A stretch of 64,000 nucleotides of DNA from the NCBI GenBank assembly GCA_964454905.1, contig CAYVTR010000001.1:44436-108435 (forward strand). The letters are read 5' to 3'. Below the pieces are notes generated by a model, which made no database searches, was not told the DNA's origin, and was given only the letters and a program-made list of their open reading frames with translations. The position numbers and the translations under genes are program-made. Shown here piece by piece: positions 47,520 to 55,796 of this stretch. The DNA is from an uncultured Woeseia sp. (GTDB lineage Bacteria; Pseudomonadota; Gammaproteobacteria; Steroidobacterales; UBA11654). How positions within the stretch are numbered: position 1 is the stretch's first letter; every line of letters starts with the position of its first letter.

Positions 47520-48391
47520 AAAAACAGATTAACAGGAGGCAAATGATTGGTGGCATGAGTGCTTTAGCGGTCTCGCCTCATTTAGTGTCTGGTCAAGGCC
47601 TTGATATCGTAGATCATAAGATTGATTTAAGTGATCCGGTTCAAAATGCACTAGCTTATGCCAAATTAGTGGGTACATCTGACAGAAGCATGATACACAT
47701 TTACTATAAAGGAACAATATTTGGAATGACTCCAGAGGAGGGCGTTAAGCCTATGATTGGCCACACCGGTGTTTTAAAGGGTGTTTGGAAACCATGGATT
47801 AACAATAGTTTTTACTACACGCTCTACGATGTAGGTTATTTTATGGATCTGAAAACAGGATTACCTGCAGAAGAATTCGAGAATCCTTTTACAGGTGAGA
47901 TTAATCGTCCAGTTAAGATTATTGGCGGCCCATTTGATCGAGTAATTAAACCAGAAGTACGACCATTTGAAAACAGGGGTGATGATCTTTGGTTAGATGA
48001 GCCTGCTTTTCTCAATTTTGTTAACAAGCTTGATCCAAAAATATGGAAGAAAGCTTCAACAGCAGAGAAACTCAGTTTTCTTTATGTTGAAACATATCAT
48101 GGAAAATTATCCGATTTAGCAAATCCTGATATCACAAGTGCACCCATGCAAATTACATCCACACACAATACCAGTTGGTATCCATTCTTTCTCATGGGAC
48201 AACGACCTGGAGGACACTATTGGCAAGCTGTAGGTAAAAAGATCCAGGATCTTGAAAGTGATGTCCCTATTGAATTGATTAATTATATTGAGAAAGAGCA
48301 ACCGGGGTATTTTGAGTCTGAAAAACCTTGGAAAAAAAGAAAAGGTACCTTTCAGGCCTATAAAGATGAGAGGGAGCCTATCCAAGGTTGA
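47516..48391 (+). CDS. DUF1838-like protein (paralog 3 of 3) with twin-arginine signal
   Basis: 291 aa. Tat signal NRRQMIGGMSALAVSPHLVSG. Same conserved blocks as paralog 2. ATGA overlap with the upstream gene. Confidence 0.6.
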   Translation: MKKQINRRQMIGGMSALAVSPHLVSGQGLDIVDHKIDLSDPVQNALAYAKLVGTSDRSMIHIYYKGTIFGMTPEEGVKPMIGHTGVLKGVWKPWINNSFYYTLYDVGYFMDLKTGLPAEEFENPFTGEINRPVKIIGGPFDRVIKPEVRPFENRGDDLWLDEPAFLNFVNKLDPKIWKKASTAEKLSFLYVETYHGKLSDLANPDITSAPMQITSTHNTSWYPFFLMGQRPGGHYWQAVGKKIQDLESDVPIELINYIEKEQPGYFESEKPWKKRKGTFQAYKDEREPIQG

Positions 48392-48399
48392 ACTAGGAG

Positions 48400-49890
48400 C
48401 TAGATCGTCGGCTTAATGTTTGCATTTAATCTGAATAAATTGGTTGGATCATATTTATTCTTGATTTCAACAAGTGTTTCATAATTACCAAGAAAATTGA
48501 GATTGACATCTTTTTGGCTTTCAGAGAATTCATCATTGATATAAAACCCATCCGTATATGGCGAGACTGTTTTCCAGTATCTTCTGGACCAAGCCATATG
48601 TGGTGCTGTATCGACCCCGACAGTCCAAAAGGAACCCGTGATCAAATTGTGTTCAGCATATCGACTAGGGAATGCTGTTGCATCTGAAGCGATGGTGTTG
48701 ATTTTTCCACCTGATTGCTGAAAGAAAGCCATACTTCCTCTTTCTGGATGAGCCTCAAGGTTTTCGACGAGGGCATCAATTAAGCCATCTGAAATATTGA
48801 TTGTATATCCGCCTTTTAGATACTGCGATGCTCCTCGCGGGTCATCATCATCGCCACTCTTTTGTAAATCACGATAGTCAATAATATCTATCTCATCATG
48901 AATCACCTTACCTGCTTTACGCAGAGGTGCGAAGGCCTTATCAGCATCTTTATGTGGCCCCGAGTAACAAACATCAAAGTACACTGTATTTCCATATCCC
49001 ATAGGTGGAGCAAAAACAACAGGATCTTGATACATATCCCATGAGGCTTCTAGAGAATGCTCCCCATGAAATCTTAATAATTGCTTAACATCTTTAAAAT
49101 CAAATGTGATTCTGCCTCCAATAACATCCTTATTCATCTCATGAAGTTTGAATTCAAATGTAGTAACTATTCCGAAATTGCCACCACCACCTCTGACGGC
49201 CCAAAAGAGGTCAGGGTTTTCGTTTTTGTCTGCATATCTTAACTCGCCATCTGCAGTGATGATTTCAATGCTTTTCATGTTATCTAATGTTAGTCCATAT
49301 TTTCTGCCCAATCTTCCAAAGCCACCCCCTGTAGCTAGACCGCCAACACCGGTGTGAGAAACAGTTCCAGCTGTTGTTCCCAGTCCATGAGGTATGGTCG
49401 CCGCATCCACTTCACCGAGCCATGACCCACCTTTTATAAAAAGTCTTTTATTTGCTTTGTCCAGTCTAGTCCCTCTGAAAGGGGAGAGGTCAATCATTAG
49501 ACCTTGGTCACATGTGCCTTTTCCAGAAACACTATGACCGCCGCATTTCACTGCCGTTAAAAGGCTAAATTCTCTTGCAAAATTTACAGCTTTTTGAATG
49601 TCAGTTTCATCAACACATTGAGCAATAAGGGCCGGTTTTTTATCGATGATTCTGTTTCTAACCAATCTAGCAACATCGTATCCATTATCATCTTGTAACA
49701 GCAGTGTGCCCTTAAGGCTGTTTCTAAGGTTTGTTATATCGGCCTTTTTAAGTATGAGATTATCACCATCGCCAGTAATCGCTAGTAATTCACTAGGTAT
49801 TAGATTTTCAGCTGAATATCCTCTCCATGAGGGGAACAGCATAGCTGAAACTGCCATGCTTGAATTAGTGATAAAATCTCTTCTTTTCAT
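48400..49890 (-). CDS. Tat-exported FAD-linked oxidase of the VAO/BBE (berberine-bridge-like) family, copy 1
   Basis: 496 aa. Tat signal MKRRDFITNSSMAVSAMLFPS. FAD_binding_4 blocks (VKCGGHSVSG, GTTAGTVSHTGVGGLATGGGFG, RGGGGNFGIVT). C-terminal BBE-type tail (YDPTNLFRLNANI). Confidence 0.85.
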   Translation of the reverse strand: MKRRDFITNSSMAVSAMLFPSWRGYSAENLIPSELLAITGDGDNLILKKADITNLRNSLKGTLLLQDDNGYDVARLVRNRIIDKKPALIAQCVDETDIQKAVNFAREFSLLTAVKCGGHSVSGKGTCDQGLMIDLSPFRGTRLDKANKRLFIKGGSWLGEVDAATIPHGLGTTAGTVSHTGVGGLATGGGFGRLGRKYGLTLDNMKSIEIITADGELRYADKNENPDLFWAVRGGGGNFGIVTTFEFKLHEMNKDVIGGRITFDFKDVKQLLRFHGEHSLEASWDMYQDPVVFAPPMGYGNTVYFDVCYSGPHKDADKAFAPLRKAGKVIHDEIDIIDYRDLQKSGDDDDPRGASQYLKGGYTINISDGLIDALVENLEAHPERGSMAFFQQSGGKINTIASDATAFPSRYAEHNLITGSFWTVGVDTAPHMAWSRRYWKTVSPYTDGFYINDEFSESQKDVNLNFLGNYETLVEIKNKYDPTNLFRLNANIKPTI

Positions 49891-49921
49891 AAATTTATAT
49901 CTTAATTAGATTCTATATTAC

Positions 49922-49943
49922 TTATTTATCAAATGATAAACAA
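49922..49943. promoter_or_regulatory. Palindromic operator, site E (20/22)
   Basis: TTATTTATCAAATGATAAACAA. Lies 32 bp upstream of the BBE-oxidase copy 1 start (49890, minus strand). Confidence 0.7.
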
Positions 49944-49968
49944 TAGAACTTTTTTATTTAAGATCATT

Positions 49969-50700
49969 TTAGTTTGATATAGTCCCTAAAGATTCGTCTA
50001 TTGCATTCAAAATACGGTTAGTGCAACTATCTTTTAGAATACAATTGACGGTCAATAAAGCTAAATCTTTTCTAGTAACTTTGCCTACAACATTTATATT
50101 GTCGCTTAAAAATGCTTTGTTTGTTGCTGGTGTATCATCATAAACGATAATGCCTGTTTTAATAATTGTGTAATTAAGGCCGCTATTAATTAGAGTATGC
50201 TCTGCTTCACCTTTAGCTATCAATATATCTCTCCACATACTGTGTTCAGGATCTGGACCAGCCCCAACTGATCCGATCAAAATAAAATGTTTTACACCAT
50301 TTATCTTTGACCACTTACTCAGATTAAGTTGTCCAATGGCATGTGGATTCTGACTTTCTCCGACTTTAGCAATTGCATTGATTACAACATCATAAGCGAC
50401 ATCAGTGAACACTTGTTGCATGTCTGTTTCTAGTAAAACGTTGCCTTTGAGGTATTTAATATTTTGGTCCTTTAACCTTCTGCGATTAGAGTCAGATCTA
50501 CTTAAAACGGTTATATCCCTGTAATCATCATGTAATGCTTTCACTATCTCAGAGCCGACTCGCCCTGTTCCACCAATAACTAAAATTTTTTCATTAGACT
50601 CTGCAAAGCCATTAGAGAAAAATAGAATGAAGATAAAGCTAAACTTTAAGGAGCGTTTAACTTTGTTTCCTAACCAAATAAAAAAACCACTATGAAACAT
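49969..50700 (-). CDS. NAD(P)H-binding atypical SDR (NmrA-like) protein with N-terminal hydrophobic signal or anchor
   Basis: 243 aa. LKFSFIFILFFSNGFA hydrophobic segment followed by ILVIGGTGRVGSEIVKAL. Confidence 0.7.
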   Translation of the reverse strand: MFHSGFFIWLGNKVKRSLKFSFIFILFFSNGFAESNEKILVIGGTGRVGSEIVKALHDDYRDITVLSRSDSNRRRLKDQNIKYLKGNVLLETDMQQVFTDVAYDVVINAIAKVGESQNPHAIGQLNLSKWSKINGVKHFILIGSVGAGPDPEHSMWRDILIAKGEAEHTLINSGLNYTIIKTGIIVYDDTPATNKAFLSDNINVVGKVTRKDLALLTVNCILKDSCTNRILNAIDESLGTISN

Positions 50701-50734
50701 ATTTTTAGTTTATTACTTTACAGTCTAGAGTATT

Positions 50735-50758
50735 TTATTAAAGATTAATCTTTTATAA
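50735..50758. promoter_or_regulatory. Second, different palindrome (TTATTAAAGATTAATCTTTTATAA; 14-bp perfect core AAAGATTAATCTTT)
   Basis: Lies 35 bp upstream of the NmrA-like gene start (50700, minus strand). It shares the TTATTA/TATAA flanks of the main motif but has a different core. Confidence 0.4.
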
Positions 50759-50778
50759 ATAATCTATAAGCTTATTGC

Positions 50779-50800
50779 TTATTAATCAAATGATAAATAG
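50779..50800. promoter_or_regulatory. Palindromic operator, site F (19/22)
   Basis: TTATTAATCAAATGATAAATAG. Lies 36 bp upstream of the MBL-fusion/FGE/cytochrome c operon start (50836). Confidence 0.7.
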
Positions 50801-50835
50801 TATAGAATTCAAGAAAATAATCTAAAGGGATACGA

Positions 50836-52653
50836 ATGAAACTTAAAGCCTTTCATATAGTTATAATTTTATGTTTTGTTGCAAAAAGCACTTTTATCCA
50901 CTCCACAGAACAGGGTAATAATGAAGCATTAGAGAACGCCATATCTGGTTTAGGTGGAACTTTGGCTTTGAGTCAACTGGAAGGCTATAAGATAGTGAGC
51001 GAAAGAGACGAGTACATTATGGGTCAAGGAGCTGAACCCGGAAAAGGCATGATGTTATTGGCTGCTCCTTCCACAATTGTTGCTCATAGACTTGATAACA
51101 AATCCATTAGGGTAGATTTAATCACCACTCTGGCGGCTAGAGAGGGAGGTTACTTAACTAGAGAAAGTAACATTTTACTGCTTGGAGATGCTGGGTACCT
51201 CAGTGAGGATGACGCTATGGGCATAGTGAAAGAAAGAGACAAAGTTCTTTCTCCTGATAAGGCAGCAGCAAATATAAAAACAGAACGACTTCTTAATCCA
51301 CATCTACTAATCAAAGAGGTTTTGAATGACCCTAGCTTGTTGTTAGATCAAAAAATTCAAACAAATTCTGAGCGAGGCTGGAGATATCATCAAGATGAAG
51401 TTATGCCCGTCACCATAGATCGTATTCGTCAAACAGGCTTAAGAACACTCATAGCGACTCAAGAGTGGGAGAATGAAGCGAGCAAGAAAGTTTTCTATCC
51501 AAAGATGATCAATAAAACAGTCATTAATCCTGAGTGGTTTAATGATTGGAAGAGTAATACCCAAATTGATGAAGAAAAGTTTGATCAATTCAGTTTAAGA
51601 GATAAAGTTTATCCCATCACTTTTTTCGTTAATAAAAAAACAGGCTTAATAGAAAAGTTAAGCACCATGGAGTGGGATGTTGTCTATGGCGATATTGAAA
51701 TTGAGGTAAAATTTGATGATTGGAACATGGACAATAAAATTCCTTTCCCTATGACGGTGAAAATGTCGCAAGGCGGCGCACCAAGATGGGAAATCAGGCG
51801 AAAAAGCATAGAACTCAATCCAGATTATTCGCCTGATTATTTTAGCCCTCCAAAGCAGCTAGATTATGTTCATGATGTGGGATCAGCTAAAAGAGGTTGG
51901 GAAGTAAGCCAAACAATGAGGATGTTTACCTTATCAGTTGCCTACAGACCTGAAATTAATGCATTAGAATTAGATGATGGAGTTCATTATCTTTCTGCTC
52001 TACCTATTGATGGGGTGTACACGATGGTTGTTGAGCAAGAGAATGGAGTAGTAGTAGTAGAGCCTGGGATGAATGACTTAAAGGGCGAAGAGATTATTAA
52101 ATGGATACAACAAAACATACCCGGTAAGCCCATCACACATATAATTCCTACACATCATCATAATGATCATGGTGCAGGCATTAGACCCTATGTCGCTGAA
52201 GGAGCAGCTCTCGTAGCACATGAGACAGCAGTAGATTTTTACCGTACTCAAATTAATCGACCAAAATCATCTGTGGTTATTGATGCGCTTGATAGGGAAT
52301 TTAAAAAAGGATCAGAAACGGTCATCGGTGTCACAAGTAATGATGCGTATACAATTGAAGATACCGATCGACCCGTTGTGATCTATCCTGTGTTGAATGG
52401 GCATGTGGAAGATATGGTTATTATCTTGGTGGGCAATAAAAATTTTCTATATGCAGGTGATCTATACGTTAGTGGTATTGCTAGGGATAAAAGATCAGGA
52501 ACCAAAAGAGGACCCAATGTTGTACCATATCATTCAGCCATATCATTGAATGAGACGATAATGAAATTTAACATTCCCAGAGGGCCTCTATTGGGTTCCC
52601 ATGATAAAGAAGCAGTCAGTTATCAAGATTTAATTGATTACATCACCGATTGA
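50836..52653 (+). CDS. Secreted two-part protein: unrecognised ~370-aa N-terminal domain plus C-terminal metallo-beta-lactamase fold
   Basis: 605 aa. Signal peptide (IVIILCFVAKSTFIHS). MBL motif IIPTHHHNDHGAG at about residue 438 with later His/Asp ligands. I recognise no family for the N-terminal part. Confidence 0.7.
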   Translation: MKLKAFHIVIILCFVAKSTFIHSTEQGNNEALENAISGLGGTLALSQLEGYKIVSERDEYIMGQGAEPGKGMMLLAAPSTIVAHRLDNKSIRVDLITTLAAREGGYLTRESNILLLGDAGYLSEDDAMGIVKERDKVLSPDKAAANIKTERLLNPHLLIKEVLNDPSLLLDQKIQTNSERGWRYHQDEVMPVTIDRIRQTGLRTLIATQEWENEASKKVFYPKMINKTVINPEWFNDWKSNTQIDEEKFDQFSLRDKVYPITFFVNKKTGLIEKLSTMEWDVVYGDIEIEVKFDDWNMDNKIPFPMTVKMSQGGAPRWEIRRKSIELNPDYSPDYFSPPKQLDYVHDVGSAKRGWEVSQTMRMFTLSVAYRPEINALELDDGVHYLSALPIDGVYTMVVEQENGVVVVEPGMNDLKGEEIIKWIQQNIPGKPITHIIPTHHHNDHGAGIRPYVAEGAALVAHETAVDFYRTQINRPKSSVVIDALDREFKKGSETVIGVTSNDAYTIEDTDRPVVIYPVLNGHVEDMVIILVGNKNFLYAGDLYVSGIARDKRSGTKRGPNVVPYHSAISLNETIMKFNIPRGPLLGSHDKEAVSYQDLIDYITD

Positions 52654-53651
52654 GAATTACATTGAGAAGGGTGTATCAGTTTTGTCAAATTACAGCGCCT
52701 CTGCTCTGTTTATCATTTATAGCTTTGAATATTAATTCCCATGAAATTAATGCATCACAATTGATCAAGGATTGTGAGCATTGCCCACAAATGATTATTA
52801 TAGAACCTGGTGAATTCATTATGGGCTCGTCATCAAGCGTTGAAGGATCTAGGGATGATGAGCGACCACAGCATCAAGTTCGCATAGAGTATTTTTTTGC
52901 TGCGGGACAGTATGAGGTCAAAAGAATTGAGTTTGAGCAATTTATACGAAGCACAGGATATGACATGTCAGGTGGTTGTTATGGAGCAACGGAAAATGGT
53001 ATTCAACTTGGAAAAAATTTAGATTGGAATGATCCTGGTTATCCTATTTCAGATGATCATCCAGTTGTATGTGTGAGCTGGAATGATGCCAAGGCATACA
53101 CAAGTTGGTTATCAAAAAAGACTGGTTACAGATATCGACTTTTTTCTGAATCTGAGTGGGAGTATGTAGCCAGAGCAGGAACAAACACCATTCGCTTCTG
53201 GGGAGACAGCGAAGAGGGGTGTGAATTTGCAAATGGTGCAGATCTTGATATTACACCAGAAGCATTTCTGGAAGAAATGCGAGCCAGACAAACAAAAATT
53301 GTGTTACCTGAAAACTGGAAAGTTGCAAACTGTCATGATGGTTTTATTACCTCAGCTTCTGTAGGTTCCTTCAAGCCCAATGCATTTGGTATTTACGATA
53401 TCTTAGGTAATGTTGCAGAGTGGGTAGAGGATTGTTATAACGATTCCTATATAAATGCCCCAAATGACGGCTCAGCAAGATTATACGGGGACTGTGATAG
53501 ACCTATTTTAAGAGGCGCTTCATATTACGACATGCCGATCTACTTGAGATCATCAAATCATTATGGTTTTCAATCAGATCAATCAAAAAATAAAGATACT
53601 CGTTACATCAATTTCGGTTTTAGAGTAATGCGAGAAGTGACAGAACATTAA
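52650..53651 (+). CDS. Formylglycine-generating-enzyme (SUMF1/EgtB/PvdO) family protein, predicted exported
   Basis: 333 aa with a TTG start overlapping the upstream stop. CEHCPQMIIIEPGEFIMGS, HPVVCVSWNDAKAYTSWLS, LFSESEWEYVARAG, GNVAEWVEDC and RGASYY blocks of the FGE fold. Confidence 0.85.
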   Translation: MRITLRRVYQFCQITAPLLCLSFIALNINSHEINASQLIKDCEHCPQMIIIEPGEFIMGSSSSVEGSRDDERPQHQVRIEYFFAAGQYEVKRIEFEQFIRSTGYDMSGGCYGATENGIQLGKNLDWNDPGYPISDDHPVVCVSWNDAKAYTSWLSKKTGYRYRLFSESEWEYVARAGTNTIRFWGDSEEGCEFANGADLDITPEAFLEEMRARQTKIVLPENWKVANCHDGFITSASVGSFKPNAFGIYDILGNVAEWVEDCYNDSYINAPNDGSARLYGDCDRPILRGASYYDMPIYLRSSNHYGFQSDQSKNKDTRYINFGFRVMREVTEH

Positions 53652-54277
53652 TGAGATCAATAACTGTTTTACTGAGCCTTGTATTTATTGTTATTTTCTC
53701 TAACGTGGTTTATGCCAATCCAAGTAATCTTCAATCTTTACCTTTATGCCAATCTTGTCATGGCGAATCACTTCAAGGGAATCAATCCCTCCAGGCGCCA
53801 TTATTATCAGGATTAAGTCAATGGTATTTATATCGTCAGATGAAAAATTATAGAGATGGTATTAGAGGTACCCATCCTCAGGATATTTTTGGTCAAAGCA
53901 TGCGACTAAGCATCATGAATCTGAATGATAGTGAGGTTCAAGCACTTGCAGAATATATTTCTAAAATCAGTGTTGATAAACAGCCAATAAGCATTCAAGG
54001 AGACATAGAGACAGGCAAATTTGTATTTGAACATTGTATTTCATGTCACGGTGAATTTGGAGAAGGCGATCAGACCATAGGTGCACCAAGATTAACAGGA
54101 CAAAGTGATTGGTATCTTTATGAGCAAATGATTAATTTTCAAAAAGACATAAGAGGTAACCATCAAGACGATCTATATGGAAAGCTAATGAAGGACATGG
54201 CATACATGTTTGATGAGCAAATGTTGAGAGATGTGGTGTCTTATATTTCAACCATTGATCAAGAAGACAATCAATAA
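53651..54277 (+). CDS. Diheme c-type cytochrome (c4-like), periplasmic
   Basis: 208 aa with a signal peptide. Two CxxCH motifs (CQSCHG, CISCHG), each followed by a repeat of the form AP.L.G.S.WYLY.QM.N...IRG. The start overlaps the upstream stop (TAATG). Confidence 0.9.
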   Translation: MRSITVLLSLVFIVIFSNVVYANPSNLQSLPLCQSCHGESLQGNQSLQAPLLSGLSQWYLYRQMKNYRDGIRGTHPQDIFGQSMRLSIMNLNDSEVQALAEYISKISVDKQPISIQGDIETGKFVFEHCISCHGEFGEGDQTIGAPRLTGQSDWYLYEQMINFQKDIRGNHQDDLYGKLMKDMAYMFDEQMLRDVVSYISTIDQEDNQ

Positions 54278-54281
54278 TCAG

Positions 54282-55763
54282 TTAAATAATTTCCTTAAAT
54301 TTTTCTTCAATAGTTTCCAAAAGTTCGGGAAACTCTTCTCTGAGGCATGCAATATTCATTTTTGAAAATGGTTTGTCAGTTTGGCTTTCTGTAGCATTTC
54401 TGGTTGCATCAATGATGATCCTGCTCCCTACGCCCTTTTCAGAGGAACTGGGATCTCCACTCAATGCATTAGCATTGTCAATTATTTCTGATGACCTCTG
54501 CGGCTGCCATCTTGACCCTAGTGCATGAAGCACCTGATTTAAGTTATGTATATCAACATCCTCATCAAGGAGAACGGTTATTTTTGCAATTTTCAAAGAT
54601 GTAGATATAGATCGACCTATATCAAAGGTTTTCTTAGTGCTAGTTGTTTTTATTTTTGCAAAACAAAAACCTGGAAATTCTAGTGGATAGTGTAAGCCAA
54701 TGAAATCATCAAACTCGTCACGATACTTTCTGTTCAGATTGGCTTCAATGGGTGCAGTTAAGCAACCTCGGGTAATACCTGTGAATTGATTTGGAACAAT
54801 AGGGTTATGTCTATGTGTGATGGTTTTAACATTCATCAAGAAGTTTTCCTTTTGCAGTTCACCGATGTATCCATACATCTCTCCAAATGGCCCTTCTTCT
54901 TCCATTTCATCAAGAGGTATTTCACCTTCTATGATCAATTCAGCATGAGCAGGCACAGATATAGCTGAGGTTTCACATTTAACAATTTCTATAGCTTGAC
55001 CCATGAGCCCGCCTGCTATAGCTAATTCATCTTCACCATATTTTGCTACTTTTGATCCACTCATGGAGAAAGTGATAGGGTCGGTACCTATTACAATTGC
55101 AACTTGAGCAGTGACTCTTCCTTGTGCTTTTAGTTGTTGAAGAAATTTCCAACCGTCTTGATTCACCTGAGGATTGATCCCAATTTTTTTTGAGCTTTTG
55201 ATTTGGCAACGATAAGTGCCCACATTTCTTCCCAGTTCATTATCCTCCAGAATCACGCTCCCAGTATTGATGTAACACCCATTATCTGCAGGGTTGGTTT
55301 GTAGGAATGGAAAATTGAAAAGATCCATGTTGTCTCCTTCGACAATATTTTCTTTGCACGGTGCCTTACTTGCATCAATGGTTACGGGTTTTATGATCGG
55401 CCATTTGCCATCTTGATCAATATGCTGCTCAATTTTCTCTATTGCCGACTGATAATTTTGTTCTGATGAAGACCCGTAAGGCATGATGCCAAGTGCTAGT
55501 GCCTCAAGATCCCATTTGCCGTATAAATTTCCAACGGATGATTGTTCAAATACATTGTCTCTGGAACGAATTTTGTCGAAAAATAAGACTGGTGCTTCAC
55601 GGACATTGTGTTTTTCAATGATTCGATACATTAAAGCAGTCGCTTCGTAGTTGTTTTGATTAATATCGTCAATATGGAGAATATGACCAAAATGCTCTAA
55701 GGCATCAAGGTATTGTCTTAATGATTGATAAGGGCCGAGATATTTATCCTTCATAAGGATCAA
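54282..55763 (-). CDS. UbiD-family (prFMN-dependent) decarboxylase
   Basis: 493 aa. UbiD blocks DLFNFPFLQTNPADNGCYINTG, NVGTYRCQ, DELAIAGGL, VPAHAELIIEGEI and EGPFGEMYGY. Confidence 0.85.
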   Translation of the reverse strand: MILMKDKYLGPYQSLRQYLDALEHFGHILHIDDINQNNYEATALMYRIIEKHNVREAPVLFFDKIRSRDNVFEQSSVGNLYGKWDLEALALGIMPYGSSSEQNYQSAIEKIEQHIDQDGKWPIIKPVTIDASKAPCKENIVEGDNMDLFNFPFLQTNPADNGCYINTGSVILEDNELGRNVGTYRCQIKSSKKIGINPQVNQDGWKFLQQLKAQGRVTAQVAIVIGTDPITFSMSGSKVAKYGEDELAIAGGLMGQAIEIVKCETSAISVPAHAELIIEGEIPLDEMEEEGPFGEMYGYIGELQKENFLMNVKTITHRHNPIVPNQFTGITRGCLTAPIEANLNRKYRDEFDDFIGLHYPLEFPGFCFAKIKTTSTKKTFDIGRSISTSLKIAKITVLLDEDVDIHNLNQVLHALGSRWQPQRSSEIIDNANALSGDPSSSEKGVGSRIIIDATRNATESQTDKPFSKMNIACLREEFPELLETIEEKFKEII

Positions 55764-55796
55764 AAAATAATTGTTTTTATTAAAAGAGTGATCATT

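Noticed and set aside
49148-49357. Proline-rich antisense ORFs inside both BBE-oxidase genes (49148-49357 and 57245-57454). Their products resemble each other (…TIPKLPPPPLTAQKRSGFS… vs …TTPKLPPPPLIPQKRSGFS…).
   Set aside because: They lie exactly opposite the most conserved FAD-binding block (RGGGGNFG / GGLATGGGFG) of two paralogous genes. The similarity is a mirror image of sense-strand conservation, and neither ORF has its own ribosome-binding site or gene context.
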